Positions 13,720 through 28,006 are shown, numbered from the stretch's first letter. The stretch is DNA of 64,000 bases from Octopus sinensis (GCF_006345805.1 NC_043001.1:35836001-35900000); one strand, 5' to 3'. Notes: a model not told the origin generated them from the letters alone. Translations and numbers: made by a program.

Positions 13720-15080
13720 CCCTGTCGACGTCTAGGGCTTTCTCGAGAAAGTCATCGCACTTACCCATCACTAGATTTCTATATATTGCTTACAGTTTAA
13801 AGCAAAATGCTAAACCAAACGGAATCCAGATGATACAATACCGTGGATTGATACAAACATCTTTTTCTAATTGGAAGATCTCAATTTGTACGCTATAGAT
13901 CTTAAACAACTAAAAACATCACTGCAAACAGAACACAGAGTTGCTAAAGAAGTTGATGTGAGAATCGAATTTGAAAAATGAGCAGGGACAACTTTGAAAA
14001 TAGATTAAATTCATTTAACTAAGACTAGTAACAATTAGCTTTGATACACAAAGTTAAGAAAGTTCAAACAGACTCAGACTTTTATAAGTAATACAATACA
14101 GACAACTGTTAATAATACTTGGTAATTATTGAACGAGACAATACAACTCGCAAAAATAAAAAAAAAATATTTAGGGAGGATTTAAACAGGATTTAAATGT
14201 AAATTGTATGGAAGTGATATACTCTAATACGCTAGTTGAACTAGTAATAAAATTATATATTTTTATTAAGTTCCAATACAATATTCTATTATATTTTGAA
14301 ATAATATTATATATAATGATTAGCAATAAAACTAGACAGAGAATTTTTTTAAATGAGCGCATTTATGTCACATTACTCAAAATCTTTTTCCAGAACGACC
14401 ATATTTACCACGAACAAAGAAAGGTAAGTTCTATTGCAATTGAAAATCTTCGATAAAATATCCACTGTGGAGTTATAAATATTCTTTTGTTACGAGCAAG
14501 GAAACAATATAAATAGCTACAAAACAGACTAACCGAAAGAGAATCTCCTTTGTGTTGAATGAAGCCAACAAAACTAAAAGAAGAGCGTAAGGAATTGACA
14601 GTTGCGAGAATAATGGGAAAATAACAATTGAAATTACAAAACGTCAAAATATTACTTAAAGTGGGACTACACAATACATGCTAAAACAATGGCGTGAAAA
14701 TTCCTATATGGCTAGTACCTGTAAAAAAGAAAATTACTGAACAGAATGGAAAAAAAGAAAAATTTTCTGGCTGAGAAGTGCACGACTCAAAGATGTATAG
14801 AACGATTCTGGATTGCGGTATAGAATCAAGAGCTTTGCAAATAGAAACTACCAAAAGAATGTAATCGTACAGAACTCGTTAAATAACTGAAAACACGAGA
14901 AGGTTGGTTGATTGCAACGTATTTCTGACTGCGCTGCTTTAGCTAAGAAAGAATACACTCACATACATAACAGTATTTCATATTACTGAAAATTATGCGA
15001 ATGTTATAAATTATAAGCAAAAGAAAGAAGTGTTATAATCATACAACAGGAAGAATCGAAGAGAATGATGTACTTTCGCA
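13720..15080 (+). mobile_element. Highly decayed RLE-type non-LTR retrotransposon (R4/Dong-like): RT C-terminal part plus CCHC region
   Basis: Interrupted translation: SKMLNQT..F*LEDLNLYAIDLKQLKTSLQT..EFEK*A (cf. YMDDLKLYA..EFGLEKCA), ERPYLPR (cf. ERLYLPR), WLRSARLK, NRNYQKNVI, ISDCAALAKKEYTHIHN..KLCE (cf. SGCxxLAxxEYxxRHN..WKLC). Confidence 0.75.
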
Positions 15081-15207
15081 AATCAATTCTAATGTTTTTC
15101 TTAGCTGAGGATTTCAGAATTGTTCTTGGGAAGCTCTTGAGTTCCAACTGGCAAATGAGAGCCTATATCCTATGGACACCCGACAAGCAACACATCGTAC
15201 TACCCGT

Positions 15208-15352
15208 AAGGCAGCGAGCTGGTGGAACTGTTAACACGTCGGGCAAAATGCTTAGCTATATTTCGTCCGTCTTTACGTTCAGAATTCAAATTCCGCCGAG
15301 GTTGACTTTGCCTTTCATACTTCTCGGGGTCGATAAAATAAGTACCAGTTGA
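15208..15352 (+). mobile_element. SINE family A 5' part
   Basis: gcgagctggtggaactgttaacacg..ttcaaattccgccgaggttgactttgcctttcat. Confidence 0.75.
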
Positions 15353-17798
15353 ACGTTGTATGTATAAAGTTGGCCCATTTTTTTCTCGACTTGTCCTTCG
15401 TCTGGGAAATATTGGTGCATTCCGAATAAACGGATTATTAAAAGCTCGTCAGTTTTACAAAGAGCTGCGAATTTAATTTCTTTCAGGTAGGAGGCTATTT
15501 GTTCCTCACAGTTCATGGGTTTCGTTTTTATTATCATTATAGATGAGATCTTGACATTGTGTTTTTGCAGAGGTATGAGGAATTCTGTGTACTATCCATC
15601 CACTCATGCCTATGTCATGAAGATGACCACTAACCAGAGGTCGATATCATTAACGCTGTCTCAGATTTTGATTCTCATACTCCTCATTCCCAAGTATTGC
15701 AGAACCAGCATATGGGTAGGTGTGTCACGGACAATTTGTAATCGCGCTTTTCGCGCCGTCCTTTGAATTGAATTCGGTACATATGGTGCCATATACTCTC
15801 ACCCTCCCTATAAATGAGATTTTTTCCTCGTCACTTCCTTTGAGACCTGCCTTTCATTCCATTCCCACAGCCTTGTTATTTTTCTCTTCGTTCGTTCTCA
15901 AACAGTTCTATTCTCTGTCTTTGTTTGTCATATAATATTAACAACACGGAAGCACCGACTTAGTAACTAAAAATAGTATAAATAATAATCAAATCTCCCT
16001 CAAACCACACTCTACCGTCTTACAAAACGACATGTAGGACAATATAGTCCCAGATACATTACCTGAAATAAAGTTTGGAAGGTTATCATTGGAATACTTT
16101 CGATCATAAATCTTGATCAGAACTCACCAGAAACAAAGACATCATTTTGTCGTATGATACTTTGCTCATTGAATCAATGTTTTTATACTCATTTTTACTG
16201 TCATGATGCACTTCAGCTTCCCTCCTCGTTACCTCACTCACTTTTCTCTCTTTCGCATTTTCTCCTTCACATTTCTTCCACTTATTTTCCTATCTCGACA
16301 TGCTTTCTTCTCTCCTTCTGTATCGCTCTTTCTCTACGCCGTTATAATTACTCGTGGAATCAATGAAGATATCGGTAGCTTCAGACAGATATAATTAAAG
16401 CCAGAGCGAATTCAGAACAAACAAATCAGGACCAATTATAATTAAAACAACGTGATGCTTCACTTTAAAGCGGACAGAAGCCTTAAATTTTGTCTAATTT
16501 GTGTTTTACAAAGAGTCGTAAAAGAATCTGATGCTCCTCTTATGCGTGAGTATTTTCCATTAACTGATTTGCAATTCAAGAAACCGTGTTTAAATTATCT
16601 CGTATATATGTGTCTGTGTGCATGAGTGCGTGCATGTGTGTTTGTGGGTCTGTATGTGTGGGTGCTTGCATATGTATGTGTAGATGGATAGCGTGATTTA
16701 TGTGTATGCGCATGCTACATTTATGTTAAAGTTACTTTCAGTTTCTAAGCAGGATCAGTCATTCTTTTTCGGAAGTCATAACAAGCTTTACAGTAGTGAA
16801 AAGGAAAATTATGTCTAAATCACAATGCGATCAGAGAGAGACTTCACGTGGTCTCTCGACGTGCTAGAAGCAGCAACCAAAATATCTAACGCTTCACACC
16901 TGACTGACTTAAAAAGGACAATTTGTGTATGGCTTATATAAATAGAGATTAAAATAGGTCTGAAAAAAACCCAGATAGGATAATGTCTTCAACATGATCT
17001 GCATGATTAGGGGTTAGTTGAGATTAAAGAAAACATTGCAGCAAGTTAGCTGTACTGATCTTCAAAGAAGAAGTATATTGTCCAGTGAACGGATAAGACG
17101 CAACCTTGGGTACATTGTCGTTGTTGAAACTCATATGAACACTAATCGATTTGGGAATTTACTCAGTAATTAAGCAGTCCTTTTACGGTTATCAAAAAGT
17201 ATATGTTCATTTGCCTTCTCTTATTTAAGTGGGGAGAGATTATGATTTCTAGCAATACGAGCGTCTGCTTAGAGGCTTCCACGTCAGTTCAGCGTTATGA
17301 ATGCTTTACAGTAAAGTGTAAAATAGGTAATACCTACTTGCTAAGTACTCGCTTAAGAAAAAAAAAATATATATATATAACGATAACAAAAAAGGCATTG
17401 AGAGAAACGAACGTGAGGAGAGACACAAAAGAGTGTGAGAAGGTAGGGGTGGAGAGAAAAAGAGGTTGAGGGCGTGAACAAGAAAGGCATTCTACAAAGA
17501 TTTCAAGATAGCCAGTCAATAAGTACGTTTATTCATTCATTGGCCTGCTTATCCAAGCAATCGACAATTCTATAAAAATTCTGCTGAATTAGCAAGTATG
17601 CACAGACACACACACACATATATACACACACATCCGCATGCGCAAATGATACACGTTAAGACGCTTTAGTAAATATCTACATTTATGCATGTGTGTATGT
17701 ATAAAAATATAGTAGATATTATATATATACATATTTAATATACATATAAATCTCTCATGTGAACACGCGCCTGTATGATGTGTGGGATAGAGAGAACG

Positions 17799-17847
<49 letters not shown>

Positions 17848-18522
17848 TCTCTTTAGCTCTCTCTCTCTCTTGTCTTTCTGGGCATGTATGCACACACACA
17901 CACACATACACACACAGAGTTATGCACACACGTGGAAATGAAAATCAGTGTTGACGTAAACTTGCAAAATCAGTAACCTACTAGAACGATTGAGTGAGCA
18001 AGAGTGTGTGTGAGAGAGGGAGAGATTAAAACATACCGAAAGGAGAGAGAGGAAGTGATAAAAAGAAGGAGAGGGAGAGAGAGGGATAAACAGAAGGAGA
18101 GGGAGAAGAGAGAAAGAGTGAAAGAAATAGGGGGCATGGGAAGAAAAGTGTAATATAGAGAAGTACGTTGTTACAGGTGTAAATAAATATTAGGCTGAAT
18201 AAACTAAACGAAAAGTTATGAAATACTTTTGTGTGGAGTCATATTTGAATACTGGTGAATAGAAGAATGGATCGTTCAAGTCAAACTATCACCAATAATA
18301 ATTAGTGAGTTAATGAGACGATCTAGATTTAATCACAACAAATATCGTTGGTTATTGTCTACAAATTTTTGAATCAATATTCTATTCAATATTTTTTGTC
18401 AAACATTATTTATATTAATTTTATCAATAATCTTTGCCGAGCACTTACGCGTATTCCAGGTTATGAGTATATGATACATTTACGTACGTGAATCGAGTGT
18501 CACTATACATAAATGTGTGTGC

Positions 18523-18554
<32 letters not shown>

Positions 18555-18827
18555 AACAAAACCGCGATAGAGGACAATAAAATCATTCAGACAGATAGAC
18601 GATACAAAGACGGACAAGGGAAACAACAATTAGAAGGATAGACAAAAAAAGACGGGTCACTCGTGGCCTTCTTTCTTCAGTCAAGTACCAAACGTCACGA
18701 CCATTTCGGGCAGTTACACTTGAGATGGTTCGGTGTATATATATATATATATATATGGTGAGAGAGGAAACTTTACTTGTGTGTATGTATATGCATTATG
18801 CATACAGTGACAGACAGACAGATGGAT

Positions 18828-18877
<50 letters not shown>

Positions 18878-18945
18878 AGCCATGGCCTGGACCAATCTCT
18901 GGTTGAAACATATCTAAGTTATCTAAGTTATATAAATATATATAT

Positions 18946-18947
<2 letters not shown>

Positions 18948-19014
<67 letters not shown>

Positions 19015-19017
19015 CAG
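18948..19017. repeat. (GATA)n microsatellite
   Basis: Direct reading. A similar tract lies at 43049-43105. Confidence 0.95.
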
Positions 19018-20280
19018 ACAAACAAGTGTATATGACATTACATCCATTATATCGTTCGTAATTTCGTGGGTGGATGTGTGTGCCAGCAAAACGTGTATGG
19101 AGCGAAACGAAAAGTTACGTGTGTATATAGCTGTGAAAACAAACGCATACAGACAGACCACAAATACACACGTGTTAGTCACCCGTCCAAATACACTTAA
19201 ACACACACATGCACACGCGCTTCCATATTACGGATATTGAACCTGACTAAAAGATGGCTAAAGGGACTGACTGATAAATTTATTTACAGGTACGTATTAA
19301 CAGGAACAAAAGAGGCAGACAGTGGTCTGGACCAACAGCGCGGGGAGCAAAAGCGACAACAATTGAAATCCATTTGGTCACCAAACAGGCGAAAGAAACT
19401 GTAGAAGCAAATCAATATGATTACTATAATCACATGCATTCAACACTAGAGTACTTCACGCTTCAGTGACTCAATATTAGTGCAGATGAAATGAGCTACA
19501 TGCTTCATTCAACTCGTAACTACTGCTGTGTGTTCTCTACCAGCAGCGAAGCCGGCATTGCAACTGACAACACCGCCCCCACCGAACGTGAATTGTCGCT
19601 CAACAACATCGCCACCCAAAAATCGACACGACGAAACTCTGCTGCGAATGGCACTGCAAATATCTTTATTTCTGCCATTGCTGCTGCTACTGCTGCTACT
19701 ACTGCTGCTGCTTTTGCAAGATGCCAGTCGTTCATTTCACGCCTCGTTGATCAGTCTTTTCCTTGGTTTTATACAGAATCTGACAGATACAAGATTCAAT
19801 GGCGCTTTCGTTACGTCACAACTGACAAATAGCATATAACCATTCACACAAATTTCACACGCACACATAGACACACACAGACACCTAGGTTCATTCAAAG
19901 CACACAGACTGAAATAAACACTAAATATCCATGACAACCAAACACTGATTCATACAAATCAACTACTTTCATTCAAAACAAATTCACATGTAGCAAACAA
20001 ACACATACTTGCTCAAACCACATACCAGATATTTGTAAAAGTAGAAACAAACTAGCAGTCACAGACAAGCAAACATTTACACACACGCACACACACACAT
20101 ATACACACAAATATAGACACACAGACAGACACACACTACACGCACACATCCTCACAAACACTAACAGGCGGACCTAAACTTAGATATACTTGTGCATATG
20201 TTTAGCTGTGTTCTTGGCCTTGCTACTCGGTGTTTGTATATCAGTTCGTACCGGCAGAACATGTGTGGATGAATGAATGG

Positions 20281-20324
<44 letters not shown>

Positions 20325-22324
20325 GTCTGTGAATAGTAAATCAACGCATTATGAGCAGTGTTAAGTTAAACGATAATCTAGCAGCGACACAAATTTTTTG
20401 ATTTTGTCTCGAAAACCAGTCAAGGCCATTCCGTTTCTGATATTCATCAGCTTCTGATATTCTCAAGATATGACTGTAACACAACTTTACAACATCGCTG
20501 CTAACACATTCAGGACATTGTGTCTGGAATCGATGTTTATGGTCTTTACTTAGAGCAGTGAAATTGATCGAGACAATACATTACTTGGTTAAATGTTACT
20601 CTGTAATCGAGAACCTCTCTGAACTAGGTTTAAGAACTGTCTAGCTCAACGTCACCGTTGTTACTGCTTGGATCGAGAAATTTCGCTACGAATAACATAT
20701 GTGATTACGCTTCCCTGTGGTTTGGACATCCAAGCATTTTTAAAGTAAAATTCTGAAAATGGTATATTGGCAAACCCGAGCATAATTTTTACCTTTGTTT
20801 CAGTACATTCAAAGGCGTTAACTTAGTTATTTAATTTCTTAGAAATCCCAGAGACGATTTGATGGTTTATATTTGATAGTTTATAAAAACTGCACAACTT
20901 GCTAATAAAGAAATCGGTAGTAATTGCTATATATTTCTTCTGAACATATTACGTCGTCAAGTATGAAATTTGTAGAAAAGAAAAGAAGTTTGCTAATGTT
21001 TTATAAATACAAGGAATAGTTTTCATCAAAGTATGCACCCACATTGTCAATACACTTTTGCCATTTCAGCGGTAGCGTTGTAATTCGCTTGAAGCATTGT
21101 GGTACAGAAGCAGAATAATGAATGAAATGATAAACAAGAACACCGAAGTTAGGCCACGGCGGGATTTAACTTCAGAAGACAAAGTGTCGACACAAAACAA
21201 AAACAAAAACAGAAAGAATCAAGGTTGACGTTCGCTACACTTCCGCCTATCCTCCTCCCCGATAGGACAACATATAAAGTTGATCTCGACGGGATTTGAA
21301 ATCAGAGCCCTGAGAGCCAGACTAAACACCGCAAAATATGATTCACTAGCGGCTCTCTCTCTCTCTCTTTCTTTTCTAACAATGCAGAATCGTTTCTAAA
21401 AAAAAAAAAAAAAAGAACCTTTAGATTTAGGGACTAAAGGCCTATTTTCAGAAGAATTCAGACAAAGAAATGTGTAGAATCTATGTAAACACAAATTTCT
21501 TTGACTGTATTCATCTGAAGACAAGCCTTTGCGCCCAAAATGTAAAGGTCTTTTCTAAATTTCTGCGATGTCAGTTTTCCTTATGTTTCATTTCATTTTG
21601 AAATAGTATTAAAAGAGGAATCAGAAAGCTTGAACATTAACGACCAAGTCCTTTATTTTAAACTCTTTCATGAAAAGAAAAAGAAACTGTATTTTCATAT
21701 CAAGTTCTTGTATTTTAAAATAAATGTATTTATTGTCTATCGAACTATCGATTACAAAATAACTGTTGGGAATAAACGATTCTATGATCAGAATAAGTTT
21801 TTCATTCAATTAGGTTTTGCTTTTCAATTTAAAATAATTTCTTTCTTCTTTTGAATGTTTTATCAAATGGTTTTACATGCGGCTAATTTAATACTCAGTC
21901 CAGTAGAAGACTTATTGTTTTGCTTTTGCAAAATTCATATATCTATTAAATAAAACTTTTTTCCCACATTGTGTTGTAGATAGATGTTATTGAAGGCCGT
22001 GTAAGTAATCAGTTTTATGTTTCAAAGAACTTTCGTTTCATTGAAGAATTATAATAAAATTATCAGAAGTTAGAGTCAAAGGTTTGACAGACAGACCCAT
22101 GTGTATCTATCAAGACTTGATGTATAACATTAGACACGTAACGTGACTTTCGATCTTTGTCTTATGAAATCAAACCAAATGAAAATTTGTTTCACGCCAA
22201 ACTTTCCTGACGCACATCGATGATTTAACCACCATCATAACACTATACACATGTGTGTGTGTGTATATACACACACACACGCACACATACACAAAATCTT
22301 TTCCTTGTTTCAGTTAATGGACCA

Positions 22325-22570
22325 CCTTGTGGAAATATTCGAACAGACTGACCATAGTACTAATTTTTAAATGATACTCATTCTATCAGTCCTTTCGCCG
22401 AAACGCTATGTTACGTGGGCGTAAAGAAGGAGTTGCAGGGACAAAGACATCCCTCCCCCATACATATATGTGTCGGGCTTCCAACCGGTTTCCGTGTACC
22501 AAATTCAGTCACAAGTAAACTGTATGGGACACTTGCCACGCAGTGGGACTGAACCCGAACCCAAATGGTC
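22325..22570 (-). mobile_element. SINE family B, degenerate
   Basis: cttttgccgaaacgcta..acttgccacgcagtgggactgaacccg resemble family B. Confidence 0.65.
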
Positions 22571-22622
22571 AAATACTGGGAAAGCGAATTTTTAAACTAC
22601 ACATGTATGACTGCACTTTATG

Positions 22623-22655
<33 letters not shown>

Positions 22656-23544
22656 GAAAATGCAACCAGACATCCATACAGATGAACATATCTCAAGGAC
22701 GCAGTTGTATACAATTTTCTTGTATTGGCATACACAACTTTTCGTCATGTGTTTTGCATGAAAAATATACCATTACTAGAATAAATCTGAATACGCTGAT
22801 GTTAATGATATTCTATGAAACTAAATATTTTTTTTTAACTGTTTTGCTTTTAGTTAGTTGTAAATCTTCAGACGGATTCCTTTATTCGACGTTAAAATGT
22901 CTTACGTTATTTTCAAAGTAAATTAACTTCCGTATCACAAATCACGTTAATAGTTTAATCTGCCAACAGCAGTTCTCCTTCAGACGTTAAATGTGTAAGC
23001 GTACGCACGTACCTCTGTGTGTGTGTATGTGTGTTGTGTTTGTACCTGTATATTTTAATAGGCATCATTGACTTTAGTAAACTGTTCATAAGGGGGGAAG
23101 GGTACAGCAGCTGAAAAAAATACAACTTAGAATGTTATATCTACTTAACGATCTTATACGGTTGTCACACAATGCTAACCCCGATAAAGAATGAACTCAG
23201 AAACATAAGGGGTAAAACCAAGTATTTTAAGACAAATTCCAGTCAACCCGCTGTCCAGAAATTATTCGTGAAATTTTTGCCCGCTGATTTTCTTTAATTA
23301 CACGACATAAGTTATCCAAGATTTGAACCATCTAGAAAGCAATCCTGTTTGAAATGTGGGGTTCTGTCACCAATTCATCAAACTTAATGCTTTAGAGCTA
23401 CTATAGGGTAGGTTGGAAGGGGCCATTTGACCTACTAGAAATGACAGTCTAATATCTTTTAAAATGATATCCTAAGGTCCTTTAAAGTTTTTTGTCTTGT
23501 TATGGATTCGTTTTTTTTTTATATATATGTTTTTGCTAGAAAAA

Positions 23545-23752
23545 GAGCCGAGCTTGTAGAGTAGCATGCCGGGAAGATGCTCAGCGATATTTCGTCCGGT
23601 TTTACATTCTGCGTTCAAATTTCGTCAAGGTCAACTTTGTCTTTCATCCTTTCGAGATCGATAAAATAAGTACCTGTTTGATCATGGAGGTCGATATAAT
23701 CGACTTACCCACTTTTCCGAAATTGCTGGCTCTGTGCTAAAATTTGAAACTA
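23545..23752 (+). mobile_element. SINE family A (A2 tail)
   Basis: cgttcaaatttc..catcctttcgagatcgataaaataagtacc..gctggctctgtgctaaaatttgaaac. Confidence 0.75.
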
Positions 23753-24239
23753 ACAGGTTTTACTTATGATGTTAGATGGTACTCATGGTTCTATATCGAG
23801 CCTCTGAGAGTGTGGACACAGAAAGAGGAAAATTTCCTGAAACTAAATACTAGGGTCTGAATATTTGCAAGGGAACGGAATCTGCTAAATGACCTCAAAG
23901 TGTCAAAAGGTGATTGTGTAAAAATATGTGACGGATTAAGTCTACGACCCATCGAAGTCAGGCCACGGCGGGGTTTAACTTCAGAACAGAAGACAAAGAG
24001 TCGACACAAAACAAAAACAGAAAGAATCAAGGTCGACGTTCGCTACACTTCCGCCTATCCTCCTCCCCGATAGGACAACATGCAAAGTTGATCGCGACGG
24101 GATTTGAAATCAGAGCCCTGAAAACCAGACCAAACACCGCATAATCTGATGCACTAAGGGCTCGGAAAATTCAGCGGATAATTCCATGCATAGGTGGTCG
24201 TCTCTGTCAAAGTACATATGATGCGTTTAAACTCACTCA

Positions 24240-24279
<40 letters not shown>

Positions 24280-26304
24280 TTCTCTCTATCTCTCTCTCTC
24301 TCTCTCTCTGAAACTTTTAATCTGCGTATATGTATGTATTTCCAATATGTATGTGTTAGTGTTAAGGTATGGTATGTTCAAATGTTTTTGTGAATGTATA
24401 GGACTTGTTTATTCTAGATTTAATTGAAATACACCTTAAAGCTGAAACCGTTGCAGATAATTGCTCACATATATAAACATACACACATGCATACACTCAT
24501 TTACATACGCATGTATATAGGCGTATATTCATTTACATTCGCATATATAGTCATATATTCGCGTACGTATGTATACACAAACACACACACACACATATGT
24601 ATATATATATATATAGAGAGAGAGAGAGAAAGCGAGAGGGAGAGAGAGATATGTACATATAGCTATACTCATCCATATAAGTATATTTACGTACATAACT
24701 TCATCTCTCTTTATCTGTCTGCCTGTCTGTCTGTTTTTCTGTATATATGTATGTATGTATGTATGTATTTATGTATGTATTTATGTATGTAAGGTGAAAG
24801 TATACATGCGTGTGTGTGTATGTATATGAATATAGTTTATGAAGAAAATCGTTATTACTCCAGTCAAAAAATTAGAAATACACGAATGAAGCGACAAGAA
24901 GTATCAAAGCACTTGATCGAGACACACGAACGCACATTACACACACACATACAAATACATACGTATATACACGCCCCACCCTCCACGCATATACACACAC
25001 ACAATGTCGAAATGACATTAATGTCAACGACGGTGAGTGTGTTGGGTTTGTTTGAGGAACGTAATTGAAAAGCACTCAAGCAAACAGAATAGATTCTAAT
25101 TGGTCTTTTGAAGAAAGAAGGAAATCCCTTTGGTAGGCTGCATTGCCGCAAGAAGCTGGGGGAAACTCAATCATCGATTGAATGCCTGATAGGGTTTTCC
25201 CTCTGAAATCTGATTGGTTAGAAAGTATGAACGACAAGATGGACAAATGTGCATCCGTCTACCTTCACACACACACACACACGTATAAATATATGTCTGT
25301 CTGTGAGCGTGTGTAGGCGTTTGTATGTGTGTAAATGCATGCATACATTATAACTTTATGTTATATCATAGTAAGATATACAAACAGTCAAGTGTGTATT
25401 AGTTTCGGTTGTACAGAAAAATATGGCTTAGTATAAGACATATATTTTATCAAAGACAAACTTCACGACTTTCTAAATTGTTTTCCGCACTAAATTCTGT
25501 AATATTTCTTTTTTTGAATTATGAAAATATTGGCTTTGGGAAAACGATACACTGAGTATAGACATATTTTCTACATCACAGAATTTTGTCGTCATTGTCT
25601 AATCAATTTCTTTCTTTTTTACAAGAAGGCGATTTTGCCCATAACATGGAGAACATACAGGGATATGGATGAAATAAAAACCGATGCTTAAATACGCCAG
25701 CATGAAACCATGCTAATTAATTTGGTAGAACGCAGGACTTTATGTAAGTTTTGATGAAGGATGTGAACACAGAGACAAGCTCCTGAGACAAAGAGAAGAG
25801 AATGCATCGAGAATGTGCGAATGGAGATTGAATGCAAAGCGGTAGATGGACGGCCAGAGTGAAAGTGGCAAATGGACGAAGCAGCACAATGCTAGGGTAA
25901 AATCTGGAAACAGTTAGTGAAGAAAATTTTTTCATCAGATTACTAACGTGTCCCAGACTCAAGTCAGATAAAGACAGCATGGAACTGAAGGTGAGTCATC
26001 TTAATATGATTTCCTTCTTAAACACATGGTCTGCTATTCATAGGGCAGAGGTATAGCTAACTTAATTATACCTGCCCTTGAGTTATTCTAATACGACAGC
26101 CATATTCTGTTGCAATGGTCAGTGTTTCGCATATCGTTGTAGTGGACAATCAATAATGTTTCAGTTAATGATGTTAGTATCTCTATGCTGGTAGCATTAA
26201 GCTTTATGATAATCATGCACTGTATTAGGTACCAAATTTAAACACGTACACACATCACTCTCTCTCTCTATATATATATATACACACACACACACACATA
26301 CATA

Positions 26305-26360
<56 letters not shown>

Positions 26361-26478
26361 CATACACACATATACATATATATACATATATATATATATA
26401 CACATACATATATATATATACGTAATATATATATATATACAACGGCGGTGCATCAGCATGAGCTGAAACTTTAAAAAA

Positions 26479-26525
<47 letters not shown>

Positions 26526-26589
26526 CACGTGCGTGTGCGTGTGTAATTTTGGAATAAAATGTAAAGGAAAATAAGTAATTGCTTCAAAT

Positions 26590-26790
26590 TCTGGTACAAA
26601 GCTAGCAATCTGATGGCAAGGGGTTAGTCGACCGCGTGGACACCAGTACTTAATTGGTATTTTATCGACTCCAAAATAGTAAAAGCAAAATCGGCTCTGA
26701 CAGAATTTGAACTTAGTATGTAAGGACCTGGAAGGAATGCCGTTAAGCAAATTTGTCAAATACGCTAACGATTCTGCCAGCTTGTGCCTT
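26590..26790 (-). mobile_element. SINE family A, diverged
   Basis: ggggttagtcgacc..gaatttgaactt..gctaacgattctgccagct. Confidence 0.7.
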
Positions 26791-26984
26791 AAAGTAAAAT
26801 ATGAAATAATCTAAAAGCCATACAAAAACGAATGACCAAAAAATTAACTGCTAGATACTGCAAAACAAATAATCGGTTAGTGCCATCTAATCTACTCTAT
26901 TTTCATTGTCAGTAATGTTTGGTCACATCTGCCAATGGAGTTTAATATTGTGTATCTTCAACATATTAGTAAAGGAGGATAGCG

Positions 26985-27320
26985 TGCTGGCAGAATAGTT
27001 AGCACGTCGGGCGAAATACTTAGCGGTATTTCGTCTGCCGCTACGTTCTGAGTTCAAATTCCGCCGAGGTCGACTTTGCCTTTCATCCTTTCGGATGTTG
27101 TACCAGTTACGCACGGGGGTAGATATAATCGACTTAATAGGATTGTTTGTCCTTGTTTGTACCCTCTGTGTGTAGCCTCTTGTGGGCAGTAAAGAAATAG
27201 GTATTTCGTCTGCCTTTACGTTCTGTGTTCAAATTCCGCAGAGGTCGACTTTGCCTTTCATCCTTTCGCACTGGGGTCATTTTAACCGACTAGCCCCCTC
27301 CTCCAAAATTTAGGGTCTTG
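26985..27320 (+). mobile_element. SINE family A dimer
   Basis: The first unit ends in aaagaaatag (27200); the second re-enters at gtatttcgtctgcc and ends with a different tail. Confidence 0.8.
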
Positions 27321-27339
27321 TACATAGAATCGAAAATAT

Positions 27340-27502
27340 TTAGCTGCATTTTGCCCATCCTGAGTTCAAATTCCGTCGTGATCGACTTCGCCTTCGCCGT
27401 TCGTGGTCAATAAAATAAGTACCAGTTGAACATTTGTGCTAATCTAATCGACTTTGCGGCTTCCCTGAAATTTCTAACCTTGCACCAAAATTTGAAACCA
27501 AT
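27340..27502 (+). mobile_element. SINE family A (A2 tail), 5'-truncated
   Basis: tgagttcaaattcc..aaaataagtaccagttg..caccaaaatttgaaacc. Confidence 0.7.
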
Positions 27503-27763
27503 ATTTTAGTAAAGAGGCACTATATGCCTCAGTAATTGTAATGTGTCATACATTGATGTATCTCGTAGTGAATATTGTCATAGTCGATGGTATCCAGTGA
27601 AGTAGTATTGATTTTAAATTAAATTCATTTTTGTAAATTGATGTTTATTTTACACCTTTATTTGAACCAGTTCAAAATGCGGTATGAATTTTCTTTTCAA
27701 TTATATTAACTACTGAAGTAAAAAAAATTTTGCGAAACAATAAAACAATGAAGATCTTTTTAC

Positions 27764-27927
27764 CTTCAACATTCAATAAAAATTTCTTCTTCGAATCTCT
27801 GGCGCCTGCAATGTTTTCTGCACGACATGAGTAAACTCCATTTTCAGACGCAGTCACTTGCGACAATTTCAAACGGCTCTCGTCCTCCATTATTTTTATT
27901 CTCTCATTTTTGTCGGTGTTAAATATC
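27764..27927 (-). CDS. PTK7: Internal coding exon (164 bp, phase 2 to phase 1), C-terminal half of the same Ig-like domain
   Basis: Acceptor gttttcattacAG and donor GTaaaa. AG from the upstream exon plus G gives Arg, then IFNTDKNERIKIMEDESRLKLSQVTASENGVYSCRAENIAGARDSKKKFLLNVE. It has the Ig F-strand motif GxYxCxAxN, and SKKKFLLNV aligns with PTK7 SSQNFTLSI. Phase matches exon 39847-39982 exactly. Confidence 0.9.
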
Positions 27928-28006
27928 CTGTAATGAAAACACACTAAAATGAGTATTTGTAGGTTCGTACAAACATGTAGACAACACAAAATATTCTTTT
28001 ATATAC

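Noticed and set aside
15570-15716. Plus-strand AG..GT bounded open segment (GMRNSVYYPSTHAY...)
   Set aside because: No recognisable homology and no partner exon; such segments arise by chance.
18556-18735. Possible fifth hammerhead (CUGAAGA on the minus strand near 18670)
   Set aside because: No stem II or GAAA at the required spacing; at most a decayed remnant.
25717-25980. 87-aa ORF or possible LINE remnant
   Set aside because: No Ig features for a next PTK7 exon and no clear retroelement motif.
27672-27989. 105-aa ORF as a stand-alone gene
   Set aside because: Only 27764-27927 is Ig-like and bounded by splice sites; the Met start and both extensions are intronic.
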